A DNA stretch of 64,000 bases, taken from the NCBI GenBank assembly GCA_964527715.1, contig CAZGOD010000004.1, forward strand, positions 11,355-75,354, in the 5' to 3' direction. The notes under the pieces are model-generated. The model was not told the origin of the DNA. It did no database searches and saw nothing but the letters and a program-made list of their open reading frames with translations. The position numbers and the translations under genes were made by a program. The DNA comes from an uncultured Thermoplasmatales archaeon. GTDB lineage: Archaea; Thermoplasmatota; E2; DHVEG-1. This document shows positions 45,201-54,277 of the stretch, one piece after another. Positions within the stretch are counted from its first letter, which is position 1. The number at the start of each line of letters is the position of its first letter.

Positions 45201-45434
45201 CATCGCCTGATATCTTAGAACTAAGTCTTTCATGACACGAGTGAGAACATGACCGGGATGGGGTAACCCATTAGCAGTAGGGGGACCTTCTAAAAAAATA
45301 TAAGGCTTACATCCTTTTCTTTGATCTATCGATTTTTGAAATATACTGTTATCTTCCCAGAATTTCAGAATTTTTTTCTCAACTTGATTTGGATTGTATT
45401 TTTGCGGTGGTGATTTTATCATCGTTTTTTTCAC
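42291..45434 (-). CDS. ileS: Isoleucyl-tRNA synthetase
   Basis: PHPGH (HIGH) motif, KMSKS motif (QKMSKSKRN), CP1 editing domain, C-terminal zinc-binding Cys pairs. 1047 aa. Confidence 0.9.
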   Translation of the reverse strand: MKKTMIKSPPQKYNPNQVEKKILKFWEDNSIFQKSIDQRKGCKPYIFLEGPPTANGLPHPGHVLTRVMKDLVLRYQAMNGHYILRKAGWDTHGLPVEIEVEKELGLEDKQGVEEYGIKDFNEACKKCVFKYENVWVEMTKRIAFWLDMDDPYITLKNDYIESVWWSLKQAWEKKLLYKGHKVVPYCPRCGTALSAHEISQGYKTVEEPSVFVKFKLKKEDAYFLAWTTTPWTLISNVALAVNPKDLYVKIRYNNQVLILAEERANVLLKGQNFELLDGYKGKELEGIEYEPLFDYAKPDKKAWYVVLADFVTMEDGTGIVHIAPAFGEDDYDIGRKCDLPVVQLVKLDGTFPPEVELWKGQFVKDADPSIIENLEERGLIEGVHQYKHEYPFCWRCESPLLYYAMESWFIAMTKVQDSLVKNNNNINWYPEHLQQGRFGDFIREVKDWALSRKRYWGTPLPIWTCTDKKCKHEICIGSVKELRELSESFPDDYDLHKPLVDELVVKCPKCKSPMKREEEVIDCWYDSGSAFFAQWHYPFENQEEFKKNFPVDFISEALDQTRGWFYSLLAISTFLFDERSYKNVLTLGLVLDENNQKMSKSKRNYVDPDIILDNEGADALRWYLISANAPWTSTRFYEQAVKDMLGKFILTFWNSYNFFTTYAALDKFDPKKDMLPIGKRQLIDKWILSRFNKTIKETRSYFKSFEVHKAARFIENFVIEDFSNWYLRRSRKRLWVEEKTDDKLSGYSTMYDVFLGLSKLLAPFIPFITEEIYQNLKTDKMSESVHLCDYLKADKNQINKELEQGMEQIRELVEVGRSLRSKIGIKVRYPLSSATLVCDKKTEDSIKNLLDLLNEEINVKNVSFERDTSKFMIKSLKPNHSNLGKRLKEKAKLVLSKIDEMDKNQLYNEINKNKKIIINVDGEKIILNKDDFEIVETEKEHIARTSTDKVTLLLDTHLTSELEAEGFAREIVRRIQSMRKELDLDVEDKIITEIKIGSDKKKALEKWGSYIKNETRSKEISYVDKPVGKLVKKWDIDQIHAEIGIKK

Positions 45435-45496
45435 CAGTTATAGATGAACACCCTAATGACAAAAGACCGTTAAAACGGTTTCCATCATAACAGAAT

Positions 45497-46807
45497 CTAA
45501 TAATTTTTAATGTCATTTGTTTTCATAAACTCTCTTAGAAGCGATGTCGCATAGCATCCCTTGCTAAGTTCAAATTTCAAAACTAACGCAGATCTATTAC
45601 CAGTTAACTCATTATCAACTAGTTTAAAATCAAAGTTTTTTGCATGAGCAACTATAGGACGTCTGGAACCCTTACTAGAAATCCTTGGTATATCAGGTAT
45701 TATAAAATCCCGAGGATCAATTTTTTCTTTATCAATAACCCTATGTTCTATTTCACCTATCTCACCATCAGAGAAAACCGTATCACTACCAAATAAAATA
45801 CCACTAACCGCAGCTTTACCCCTTAAGATTTGTTTATTCACTTTTTTGACATTATTTCTCCTGATAGGGATTCCAGTTTCTTCAACAATGTTTTTTCTAA
45901 TTGGGAGAACAACATCACCAACAACTGCCTCATTCAAAGGAAAACCCTGTTTTATACGTTCACTTAAAATCCTATTAAAAAGAAATGATTGATACGCATA
46001 AACAAACATTGTTAAAAGATTCCTAGGGAGTTCTTTTAGAGCGCCAATAAAATCTTCAGAGTCAGTAACCAACTTATTAAGAATAGCTTTTTCAAAACCT
46101 AGGTGAATAGGATAAGATTTCAAAGCCTTAGGAAAATCACGAGTTTCTTCCAACTCGCTACGAACACTGTAGCTTTCTTCATCTTCGCCTTTAACAGGAT
46201 TTCCGATATAACTCATAACTGCTTTTTCAAACTCATCCTTCACAATAAATTTACCAACAACATGTGTGATAGGTCTAATAACTCCAAAACGTTGAATACC
46301 ATAAAAATTCGGGAAACCACCTGCTTCAACAACATAGGAATAAATATCCTTTATCCTCTTAGGCTCTATCCCATTCTCAAGGTTTCTAACGACAATCTCA
46401 AATCTATTGCCAATAAGACCACCTATTTTAACAGAGCGATTAGAGTAGTAAATATTTTCAATATCAACATCTTTGATTTTCATCCTAGACAGATTTTCAA
46501 TAGATATACCATCAAAGGACATTAATCGCGTAGTCTTCGCTCTTTTATCCTTAGTCCCCCCAAAACCAACTCTATTACGAGAAACATGTAAACGATTAGA
46601 TAGCTCTCTGACAAGGAGGTTTGTCTCCCAGTTAGTTGATGTAACCTCTGCAATTGTAAATCTACCATCTTTAGTTTTTGATGGATAAGAAGAGATTTCT
46701 TTTACAGTAAAATCCTTGGGTATTGTACGAAGTTTTCCACCTATCCCCCCAAAAGGTGTAAAAAAAACTTCTACTCCTACACTTTTTTCAGATTCTAAGA
46801 CTTTCAT
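45497..46807 (-). CDS. truD: tRNA pseudouridine synthase TruD/Pus7 family
   Basis: GFGGTKDKRAKTTRLMS (catalytic Asp motif) and GGFPNFYGIQRFG (TruD signature). Confidence 0.8.
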   Translation of the reverse strand: MKVLESEKSVGVEVFFTPFGGIGGKLRTIPKDFTVKEISSYPSKTKDGRFTIAEVTSTNWETNLLVRELSNRLHVSRNRVGFGGTKDKRAKTTRLMSFDGISIENLSRMKIKDVDIENIYYSNRSVKIGGLIGNRFEIVVRNLENGIEPKRIKDIYSYVVEAGGFPNFYGIQRFGVIRPITHVVGKFIVKDEFEKAVMSYIGNPVKGEDEESYSVRSELEETRDFPKALKSYPIHLGFEKAILNKLVTDSEDFIGALKELPRNLLTMFVYAYQSFLFNRILSERIKQGFPLNEAVVGDVVLPIRKNIVEETGIPIRRNNVKKVNKQILRGKAAVSGILFGSDTVFSDGEIGEIEHRVIDKEKIDPRDFIIPDIPRISSKGSRRPIVAHAKNFDFKLVDNELTGNRSALVLKFELSKGCYATSLLREFMKTNDIKNY

Positions 46808-47092
46808 CTACTTTTTGCCTTTAGATTTTCCTTCAAAATTTTTACTAAAACTTTTTACTTCATCTTCTAGTTGTTTAACAGCTTGTTTAAGTATCTCCTC
46901 AGGTTTACCTTTTTTCACCCTGATATATAAACGTCTTCTATCTGCTTCTGGATGATCAGACATATATGACGCGTAATCCACGTCCTCATGTTGAAGTAAA
47001 ACCTCTGTGATAGGGTTCAATATAGTCTCATTTTCCCCAATAACTTCTAACTCAAGTTCTTTAGCTGATTTTTTGATTTTTTTAAGCTCCAT
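46808..47092 (-). CDS. rpoL: DNA-directed RNA polymerase subunit L (Rpb11 homolog)
   Basis: KELELEVIGENETILNPITEVLLQHEDVDYASYMSDHPEADRRRLYIRVKKG matches the RpoL pattern. Adjacent to csl4, as in many archaea. Confidence 0.75.
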   Translation of the reverse strand: MELKKIKKSAKELELEVIGENETILNPITEVLLQHEDVDYASYMSDHPEADRRRLYIRVKKGKPEEILKQAVKQLEDEVKSFSKNFEGKSKGKK

Positions 47093-47129
47093 AAGTTATC
47101 ACACCTTCCTCCATATCAGATAATTTCTC

Positions 47130-47702
47130 TTAAAGTTTATTTAAATCATATGTTCCATAATCAATTGCGGTTCTTCTTCTTTCTTTGTTACCACAATTAT
47201 TACATTCAAGCATGTCTCCTTTGCTATATAGTGGATGTCTACATTTCCTACAAAGTGCTTTTATCACACCAAGGTCTTTATCTTTTGTCGCTAACTGTAT
47301 ACTTGGTTTCACCTGGGTAACTTTTGCTCTTATAATATCACTCGCAGAGTATTCAGTGGAGGGATCTTTTACATAGCCGTTTGATATCTCAGATACACGT
47401 AAAGTACCATTTGTATCACCAGATATAGCTCTTTTTTTACCTATAACATGTATAACATCAGCTATAACCATATTTGATCTTACTGAGCCGACTTGTGCGA
47501 GAACTATATCGCCTTTTTTTAATAAAACTGGGACACTTGTAAGAGGTTCCACCACGGCTTTTCTATGTTTTTCATCTACTACATATTTACCAACTATCGC
47601 TGCTCTGATTATTCCGTCTTCTTCAAATGTTCCATCACCAGGTAACAATTCCTCCGAAGTAGATACTTGTTCCCCAGGTAATACTATTTTATCTTCAGTC
47701 AT
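47130..47702 (-). CDS. csl4: Exosome complex RNA-binding subunit Csl4
   Basis: N-terminal domain plus S1 domain (GDIVLAQVGSVRSNMVIADVIHV) plus C-terminal zinc ribbon (CRKCRHPL...CNNCG). Confidence 0.8.
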   Translation of the reverse strand: MTEDKIVLPGEQVSTSEELLPGDGTFEEDGIIRAAIVGKYVVDEKHRKAVVEPLTSVPVLLKKGDIVLAQVGSVRSNMVIADVIHVIGKKRAISGDTNGTLRVSEISNGYVKDPSTEYSASDIIRAKVTQVKPSIQLATKDKDLGVIKALCRKCRHPLYSKGDMLECNNCGNKERRRTAIDYGTYDLNKL

Positions 47703-47923
47703 TATTTACACCTTAAATCTATTTATTGATAACTTTAGGCAATCCTGTACCCATTTTAAAGGTTATGGTATCATGTTCTATGTTAAAGAGTAATATAAAA
47801 ATTTAATTGAAGATAAGAAATTTTGCACAATAATTTATGTAAAATATTTTGCTGGTCGAGAAGATGCTGTTTCTGGTTGGTTGGACAAACACTTTAAAAA
47901 TGGAAAACTTCCAATAGAATCAT

Positions 47924-48106
47924 CTAACAGGGACTACCATCCTCTATCCAATTTATTAGTTTCTTTCTACATTTAATACAAAGATGCCATTCATACGGTT
48001 TACCTTTACCCGGTTCAGAATAATCACAACGCACTAATGTATCAAACATATCCTTGTATACATTTTGACATTTAGAACATTCTATTTCCATTATCTTCAA
48101 CCTCAC
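47924..48106 (-). CDS. Small Cys-rich (putative zinc-binding) protein
   Basis: 60 aa with CSKC and CIKC pairs plus 2 further Cys residues. No family recognised. Confidence 0.35.
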   Translation of the reverse strand: MRLKIMEIECSKCQNVYKDMFDTLVRCDYSEPGKGKPYEWHLCIKCRKKLINWIEDGSPC

Positions 48107-48126
48107 AATTCTGTAATCTGTTGAAT

Positions 48127-49254
48127 TTATTCAATCTTCACAAGTTCTTTCCCATGAAGCTGTTTCAACCTATTTTTTATAATGCGTATCGATACATATT
48201 CTGGAGCAATGGAAAACGTCATTGCTGGTGAGAGATACGTATTTTTTATCGCACCTATGCAGGTTGGAAACTGTTGATCCAATTTTTCTTGCCATTCTAA
48301 GTGATCTTCTATTTTATAAAACGTGCTTAATACCACTAAGTTGTATCCGCCTCTGCCAAGGACTGCTTTGATTATCCAGGTTACATGTGGATCGGTTTTT
48401 AACGACTTCAATATTTTATCCTGCTGTTTTTTAATTTGAAACAGGGATTTCACTAAAATGTACTCAGGTGGGACAATCAATCTAGGAAACCGACAGACAG
48501 GTCTGCTTATGATTCCTCCTTTTAGGAGGGTGTCTATTCGTCGTTCAATTGTCTTTCTGTGAATATTAAGTTTTTTTGCTAAAAAATTCTCGTTCGTCCG
48601 TATACCTACGCCTTGTAATATCTTTTTTAATATTTCAAAAGACAACTCGTCTAATTCAAAGCCTCGTATCGATTTTTGCCGTCCTTCCTTAATATTTTGT
48701 TCAATTACTTTGACTGAGATTGAGGGGTTGTATTTTTCAAAACATCCAGTTCCTAAGTGAAGTACTTGTGAGGAATATCCTTCTTCCCTATAGGGGATAA
48801 TCTCTTCTTTTATTATCTTTTCATGCCATTGCTGGTGAGTACAGACATTTTTATGAAAAGATATCATCATGGTGTTATGTTCTTCTTCCTTGAAGAAAAA
48901 TGCAGCAAAGATAGGGTCATTATATTCGATAAAATGTTTTGTTTTTTCATCTCTCAAAAAATTGTCCCTTGAAATAATCATGAGTGGTAATTCTTTGAAT
49001 AACCATGGAAACGGATATTGTGGTTTGTTTATTATTTTATGTTCAAGTAGTTGATTTATTCTGTCTTTAATGGTATTCCGATGTTTACTAAGGTTTTTTG
49101 AGAGTTCACTGATATTGATTTCTACTCCTTCTCCCGAGACAAGGTATTTCAGTAATTTTAGGTTTAATTCATTATTTAGCAAATCAGTCATAAAACATGG
49201 TATACAATGTTGATTTTTATACTTTTTTCCCATTATTAATATCATTTTTAACAA
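48127..49254 (-). CDS. Transcriptional regulator with two tandem Lrp/AsnC-like winged-HTH modules
   Basis: Two HTH regions (ISELSKNLSKHRNTIKDRINQLLEHKII and ENFLAKKLNIHRKTIERRIDTLLKGGII), each followed by an effector-like domain of about 100 aa. Confidence 0.5.
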   Translation of the reverse strand: MLKMILIMGKKYKNQHCIPCFMTDLLNNELNLKLLKYLVSGEGVEINISELSKNLSKHRNTIKDRINQLLEHKIINKPQYPFPWLFKELPLMIISRDNFLRDEKTKHFIEYNDPIFAAFFFKEEEHNTMMISFHKNVCTHQQWHEKIIKEEIIPYREEGYSSQVLHLGTGCFEKYNPSISVKVIEQNIKEGRQKSIRGFELDELSFEILKKILQGVGIRTNENFLAKKLNIHRKTIERRIDTLLKGGIISRPVCRFPRLIVPPEYILVKSLFQIKKQQDKILKSLKTDPHVTWIIKAVLGRGGYNLVVLSTFYKIEDHLEWQEKLDQQFPTCIGAIKNTYLSPAMTFSIAPEYVSIRIIKNRLKQLHGKELVKIE

Positions 49255-49538
49255 TGTGTTATAGATAGATTGTCATCGGTAATAGCCAATATACAGTAGA
49301 TTAATAACAATCATTATCCAAAGTAAGCATCGATCATTAGCATCTTTAGCATAATCCTCGTCTTTTTATGTATATATAGTTTATTAAGAAGTTCGAAATA
49401 TATATAGTATTAAAGATGACATAAATTATGGAAAAAATATCATTATTGTTCAAAAGGAGAACAAAAAAATGAGCTCTGAACAGGAGGTTAAAGAATAATA
49501 CCAAATGGGACTGATGAAAGAGAAAAAAGGAGTGAAAA

Positions 49539-50087
49539 ATGAAGATAAGTGCAAGAGAAATATTGAAAGAAAATGAAATAAAGAATAAAATCAAAGAATG
49601 TTTTAAAAAATGTGCCGCGGGTAGACAACAACTAAGGGTTTGCATTTCAAATTCGATGGATATAGGGTTATCAAAAGAAGAAGTTCTAGCAATCATCAAC
49701 GAAATGGGCACTGATGTTGGTCAGGACGAGGCATCTATGTGTTCTATAGTGGCTATAGGTCAAGCGATGCGATATGAAGAAAAACATGCAAATAGAAAAA
49801 CAGTTACATCATCAAATAATGGAAAAAAATCTGCAAAAATTAAGATTCAAAAATGTATTCGAAAGTGTGGTTCAGCTAAAGGGCTATTGAAAAAATGTAT
49901 TACAGATGCAGTGGATGCTGGATTATCCAAAGAAGAAATTTTAGCTTTTACAGATGAAATAGTCGGTGGAGTAGGCAAGGACGATGTATCTCTGTGTGGT
50001 ATAATAGCTGCAGATCAAGTGTTAAGATACGAAGAAAACGTAAGGGCCAAGCCAATTGATATTATTAAAGAGCGAGAAATGGAATAG
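49539..50087 (+). CDS. Protein built from two copies of an unrecognised ~65-aa four-Cys repeat (CxxxC-x9-C...C)
   Basis: Internal duplication: KIKECFKKCAAGRQQLRVCISNSMDIGLSKEEVLAIINEMGTDVGQDEASMCSIVAIGQAMRYEE and KIQKCIRKCGSAKGLLKKCITDAVDAGLSKEEILAFTDEIVGGVGKDDVSLCGIIAADQVLRYEE. Confidence 0.6.
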   Translation: MKISAREILKENEIKNKIKECFKKCAAGRQQLRVCISNSMDIGLSKEEVLAIINEMGTDVGQDEASMCSIVAIGQAMRYEEKHANRKTVTSSNNGKKSAKIKIQKCIRKCGSAKGLLKKCITDAVDAGLSKEEILAFTDEIVGGVGKDDVSLCGIIAADQVLRYEENVRAKPIDIIKEREME

Positions 50088-50095
50088 GGAGCTGG

Positions 50096-50197
50096 TTGAA
50101 TCCCTTCTGCCCTGATTGTGGAGCAAGGATGCGGCATCTGATAAATCCAATGGGATACCGGTGTCCTAAGTGTGGTAAAATAATCAAAGATAAATAA
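50096..50197 (+). CDS. Candidate mini zinc-ribbon ORF (33 aa, TTG start) between the two Cys-repeat paralogs
   Basis: Manual translation gives LNPFCPDCGARMRHLINPMGYRCPKCGKIIKDK, i.e. CPxCG...CPxCG. The only in-frame ATG (50129) would cut off the first CxxC, so the start is uncertain. Confidence 0.3.
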   Translation: MNPFCPDCGARMRHLINPMGYRCPKCGKIIKDK

Positions 50198-50299
50198 TGA
50201 TTTATGAAAATTGAAGGAAAACGAGCACAACTTGTTCAAAGGGGATTTCCTCAGATATGTCTTCCAATTAATTAGACAAGATTATTGGTGAAAGACCTT

Positions 50300-50836
50300 A
50301 TGAATAAAAAAGACATAAGAAACAGGCTCAGAGAATGCTTTAAAAAGTGTGCTTCAGGAAGAACACAACTTAGAAATTGTGTCATCGATATTATGGACGC
50401 AGGATTAACCAAGCAAGATGTGCTAGATGTTGCCGACGAGATGGCCACAGGAGAGTGGAAGGACGAAGCGTATCTTTGTGCTGTAACCGCAATTGGTCAA
50501 GCGCTTCGATACGAAGAAAAACACAAAAGAACCAGACCAGTTTTGATGGAGGAAGAGACAAAAGAGCTAATAAAGGACAAATTGAAACAATGCTTTAAAA
50601 AATGTGGTCTCGCTAGGAGACAACTCAGAAAACGCGTGGTAAATGCACTGAATGCTGGAATGACAAGGGAAGAAATCTTAGCTATCACAGATGACATAGT
50701 TGGTGGTTTTGGAAAAGACGAAGTCTCAGTGTGCGCTATTATTGCAGTAGAGCAAGTTTTAATACATAACGAGACTGAAAAGTTGAAAAAAATTGTCAAA
50801 ATGTATGCGCCGTATATGGAATTTCCTGATGAATAA
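50300..50836 (+). CDS. Paralog of the 49539-50087 protein; two copies of the same Cys repeat, the second copy lacking the third Cys
   Basis: RLRECFKKCASGRTQLRNCVIDIMDAGLTKQDVLDVADEMATGEWKDEAYLCAVTAIGQALRYEE and KLKQCFKKCGLARRQLRKRVVNALNAGMTREEILAITDDIVGGFGKDEVSVCAIIAVEQVL. The track ORF starts at a TTG at 50285; ATG at 50300 is preferred by analogy with the paralog. Confidence 0.6.
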   Translation: MNKKDIRNRLRECFKKCASGRTQLRNCVIDIMDAGLTKQDVLDVADEMATGEWKDEAYLCAVTAIGQALRYEEKHKRTRPVLMEEETKELIKDKLKQCFKKCGLARRQLRKRVVNALNAGMTREEILAITDDIVGGFGKDEVSVCAIIAVEQVLIHNETEKLKKIVKMYAPYMEFPDE

Positions 50837-50905
50837 CTCGTATGGCAATTTTTTAAAAAGATAAACACGATATAAAACTATGACTTTATTGGAGAAAGAA
50901 TAAAC

Positions 50906-52558
50906 ATGAAACAGACAGCATCGTTGAGACCAACATTGCAGAAGAAAGATAGATATGATGTAATGTATAAGAATTTTAAATGGAATGTTCCAGAGTATTA
51001 TAATTTTGGTTTTGATGTGGTAGATCAATGGGCTGAAGACAGAACCAAACTTGCTTTGATTTCAATTGATAGAAGTGGTAAAAGAGACCGTTATCATACA
51101 TTCTATGATCTTAAGGTTCAATCAAATCAGTTTGTCAATGTTCTTAGAAAAATAGGTGTAAAGAAAGGTGATAGAGTTCTAGTAATTCTACAAAGCGTTC
51201 CAGAATGGTATGTGGCTCTTATTGGTATGTTTAAACTTGGTGTTGTTCCCATGCCCGGTACTGTTCTTTTAACTTCTAAAGATGTTAAGTATAGGGTTAA
51301 TCGTGCCGAGGCATGTATGGTTATTACTGATATGGATCATGTCGATAATGTTGAAGTAGTCGAAAATAAATGTCCCACATTAAAACATTTTATGCTTGTT
51401 GATGGTAAAAGAAAAGGATGGATGAATTTCAATGAGGAAATGAACAAAGTATCTCGTGATCTTTCTCAAAAAGAGATCGGTAGAACATCTTCAGATGATC
51501 CTATGCTTATTTATTTCACTTCAGGTACTACTGGTCATCCTAAGATGGTTCTTCATACCCATAGTTATCCTCTTGGTCACGAGGTTACTGCACGTTTTGC
51601 TCAGGCGCTTACAAAATGTGATCTTCATTGGGCCATATCTGAAACGGGATGGGCAAAAGCAGCGTGGGGTAAATTATTTGGTCAGATGATTGTAGGTGCT
51701 GCTGTTATCCAGTGGGAGACACCTGGTCGTTTTGATGCCAATGGGTTGTTACAAGCTATGGAAAAATACGGTGTTACCACGTTTTGTGCTCCTCCTACTG
51801 TGTATCGTATGCTTATTCAGCTTGATCTTTCAAAATATAACCTTAAACTTCGTCATTGTATGAGTGCAGGTGAACCTCTGAATCCTGAGGTTATTAAGGT
51901 TTGGAAGGAAACGTTTGGTTTGGAGATTTATGATTTCTATGGTCAGACTGAAACAGTATGTGTTCTATCTAACTTCCAATTTATGCCTATCAGGTTTGGC
52001 TCTGTTGGCAAGCCAACTCCGGGTCATGACGTGCGAATTGTTGATGATAATGGAAAAGAGCTTAAATATAATGAAGAGGGCAACATTGCACTTTATCTCA
52101 GTGATGAGCATCCGCCAGGTCTTTTCAAGGAATATTGGAAAGATGAAGAGATCATGAAAAAGTCATTCCGTGGTGACTATTATTATACTGGCGATCGGGG
52201 CTATAAGGATGAAGATGGGTATTTCTGGTTTGTTGGAAGAGATGATGATGTTATAAAATCATCAGGTTATCGTATTGGACCATTTGAAGTCGAATCTGCT
52301 CTGATGGAACATGATGCAGTGGCTGAATGCGCAGTCGTCGGTTCTCCAGATCCTACAGGTGTGAGAGGAATTGTAGTAAAGGCATTTGTAGTACTTGCAA
52401 AAGGATATAGCCCCTCAGAGGTGCTTACGAAAGAGTTGCAAGAACATGTAAAGAACGTTACAGCTCCTTACAAGTACCCGCGTATTATTGAATATACGAA
52501 AGAGCTTCCGAAGACAATCTCTGGGAAGATACTCCGACGTGAACTTAGAAGAAAGTAA
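50906..52558 (+). CDS. AMP-forming acyl-CoA synthetase/ligase (ANL superfamily)
   Basis: YFTSGTTGHPKMV (AMP-binding P-loop), YGQTE, YYYTGDRGYKDEDGYFWFVGRDDDVIKSSGYRIGPFEVESAL, PKTISGKILRREL (A10 lysine). Confidence 0.85.
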   Translation: MKQTASLRPTLQKKDRYDVMYKNFKWNVPEYYNFGFDVVDQWAEDRTKLALISIDRSGKRDRYHTFYDLKVQSNQFVNVLRKIGVKKGDRVLVILQSVPEWYVALIGMFKLGVVPMPGTVLLTSKDVKYRVNRAEACMVITDMDHVDNVEVVENKCPTLKHFMLVDGKRKGWMNFNEEMNKVSRDLSQKEIGRTSSDDPMLIYFTSGTTGHPKMVLHTHSYPLGHEVTARFAQALTKCDLHWAISETGWAKAAWGKLFGQMIVGAAVIQWETPGRFDANGLLQAMEKYGVTTFCAPPTVYRMLIQLDLSKYNLKLRHCMSAGEPLNPEVIKVWKETFGLEIYDFYGQTETVCVLSNFQFMPIRFGSVGKPTPGHDVRIVDDNGKELKYNEEGNIALYLSDEHPPGLFKEYWKDEEIMKKSFRGDYYYTGDRGYKDEDGYFWFVGRDDDVIKSSGYRIGPFEVESALMEHDAVAECAVVGSPDPTGVRGIVVKAFVVLAKGYSPSEVLTKELQEHVKNVTAPYKYPRIIEYTKELPKTISGKILRRELRRK

Positions 52559-52897
52559 GGTATAGCTGTAACAGTCAATGAAATTTAGATTTTTTAGTAA
52601 AACTATCATTTATTTTGTTATTTTTTAGCGTTTTTAGTATTTTTATATTGGTTTTTAGCCCATTTATACCAAAAATTTACCAATATAATACCATTGTATA
52701 TTGGATAATTACCAATAATTATAAATATGGAGAGCACTATATAGTATACTATGAAAACTGCATACATTGAAAAGAGAGACAATGAATTTTATTGGCATAT
52801 GAAAGGTGAAGTGCTCAGCGGCTCAATTATGGTTTTGGCTATTCCGACTGCTTTGTATTTTGTGGGAAGATATGATTAAAACTCAGAAAAAAGAGGA

Positions 52898-53692
52898 ATG
52901 CAAATGATTGAGCTTTTTGGTGTAGAAATATTAGGCATTCAAATATTTTTAGTAATGATAATCTTAGCTTTTTTCTGTGAACTTCTCGATTCGAGTTTGG
53001 GCATGGGATATGGGACAACATTGACACCTGTATTGATGCTATTTGGTTTTGCTCCACTTGCTATAATACCATGTGTATTATTATCTGAGTTAATAACTGG
53101 TATAACCGCAGGGCTTGCTCATCATAAAGCAGGTAATGTCAATTTCAATCGAGGATCAATACATCTTAAAATTGCTCTAGTTCTTGCGGTATGTAGTATT
53201 ATCGGGGCGACTATTGCAGTATTTGTAGCAATCAATATTCCTAAATTGTGGTTGAAGACATACATTGGTGTGCTTGTTTTAGGAATGGGAATAATTATAC
53301 TTCTGACACTGAATAAAGATTACAAATTCTCGTGGAAAAAGATTATTGGGCTTGGCTCAATTGCTTCATTTAATAAAGGGATGAGTGGTGGTGGATATGG
53401 CCCTGTTGTCACTGGGGGTCAGATTCTCTCTGGAGTGAATGGTAACAATGCTGTTGGAATTACTTCCCTAGCGGAGGGACTTACTTGTGTTGTTGGTGTA
53501 GTTGTCTTTGTAGCTTCCCCCGAGATCATTAATTGGAGTCTTGCCCCATCATTAATCATTGGAGCATTATTTTCTGTACCGTTTTCTGCATTTATCGTCA
53601 AAAAACTTCCAACGAGAACGTTGAAGATTGCTATAGGTGCATTAACATTCACACTTGGGTTAGTAACATTAATCAAAGTTTTTTGTTTCTAA
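52898..53692 (+). CDS. TSUP (TauE/SafE, DUF81) family membrane transporter
   Basis: 264 aa with 7-8 TM helices, the LLDSSLGMGYGTTLTPVLMLFG motif, and a duplicated 4-TM architecture. Confidence 0.7.
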   Translation: MQMIELFGVEILGIQIFLVMIILAFFCELLDSSLGMGYGTTLTPVLMLFGFAPLAIIPCVLLSELITGITAGLAHHKAGNVNFNRGSIHLKIALVLAVCSIIGATIAVFVAINIPKLWLKTYIGVLVLGMGIIILLTLNKDYKFSWKKIIGLGSIASFNKGMSGGGYGPVVTGGQILSGVNGNNAVGITSLAEGLTCVVGVVVFVASPEIINWSLAPSLIIGALFSVPFSAFIVKKLPTRTLKIAIGALTFTLGLVTLIKVFCF

Positions 53693-53798
53693 AACTAGTT
53701 AAATAAAAGATAAACGGAATTATTGGATATATAACAAAAAATATTGTTAAAAGAACAAATTATTTATAAAGACTATTGTTTTTGAAATTGGTTTTACT

Positions 53799-53981
53799 AT
53801 GAAAGTCGAATTGGAAGATGTAAAATGTATAACAGATACAGCATTGACAATTAGAGGATCAAGAAGAAGAATAACAGTGCCTTCTGAAGTAGTGGAAGTT
53901 CTCAAACTTAGAAATGGTGACAAGCTACGATGGATCATTTTTAACAATGGAAACATACAACTTCATAAGGTAAAAAAATAA
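53799..53981 (+). CDS. AbrB/SpoVT-type swapped-hairpin small DNA-binding protein
   Basis: RRITVPSEVVEVLKLRNGDKLRWIIFNNGNIQL fits the AbrB-family ..ItIP...r..l.l..GD.l pattern. 60 aa. Confidence 0.5.
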   Translation: MKVELEDVKCITDTALTIRGSRRRITVPSEVVEVLKLRNGDKLRWIIFNNGNIQLHKVKK

Positions 53982-54277
53982 ACTTCTTTACATAATAATA
54001 TTTTTATCTCTGCTAACTGAAATATTTCAAAAAGGGCATCCTATATTTTAATTTAACTTTTTGTAGGTTTTACAACAGCAGTACGTTCATCGTCTTTTAT
54101 CTCCATTTCCCATGCAAGGGTATCACCGATTTAATTCTGTAGAAGCACATTAGTATTAGATTTTAATCCAAAATAGTCATTTCAAAGTCTACCTTCGGAA
54201 CTACTGTCGATGTAAAAAGAGTTATAAATACCATACCTATTTCGATTTTCCTACCAACAGAATGAATAGGTATAAAA

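Noticed and set aside
49346-49711. 121-aa minus-strand ORF
   Set aside because: Low-complexity (Phe/Leu/Ile-rich), antisense to the start of the Cys-repeat gene and its promoter.
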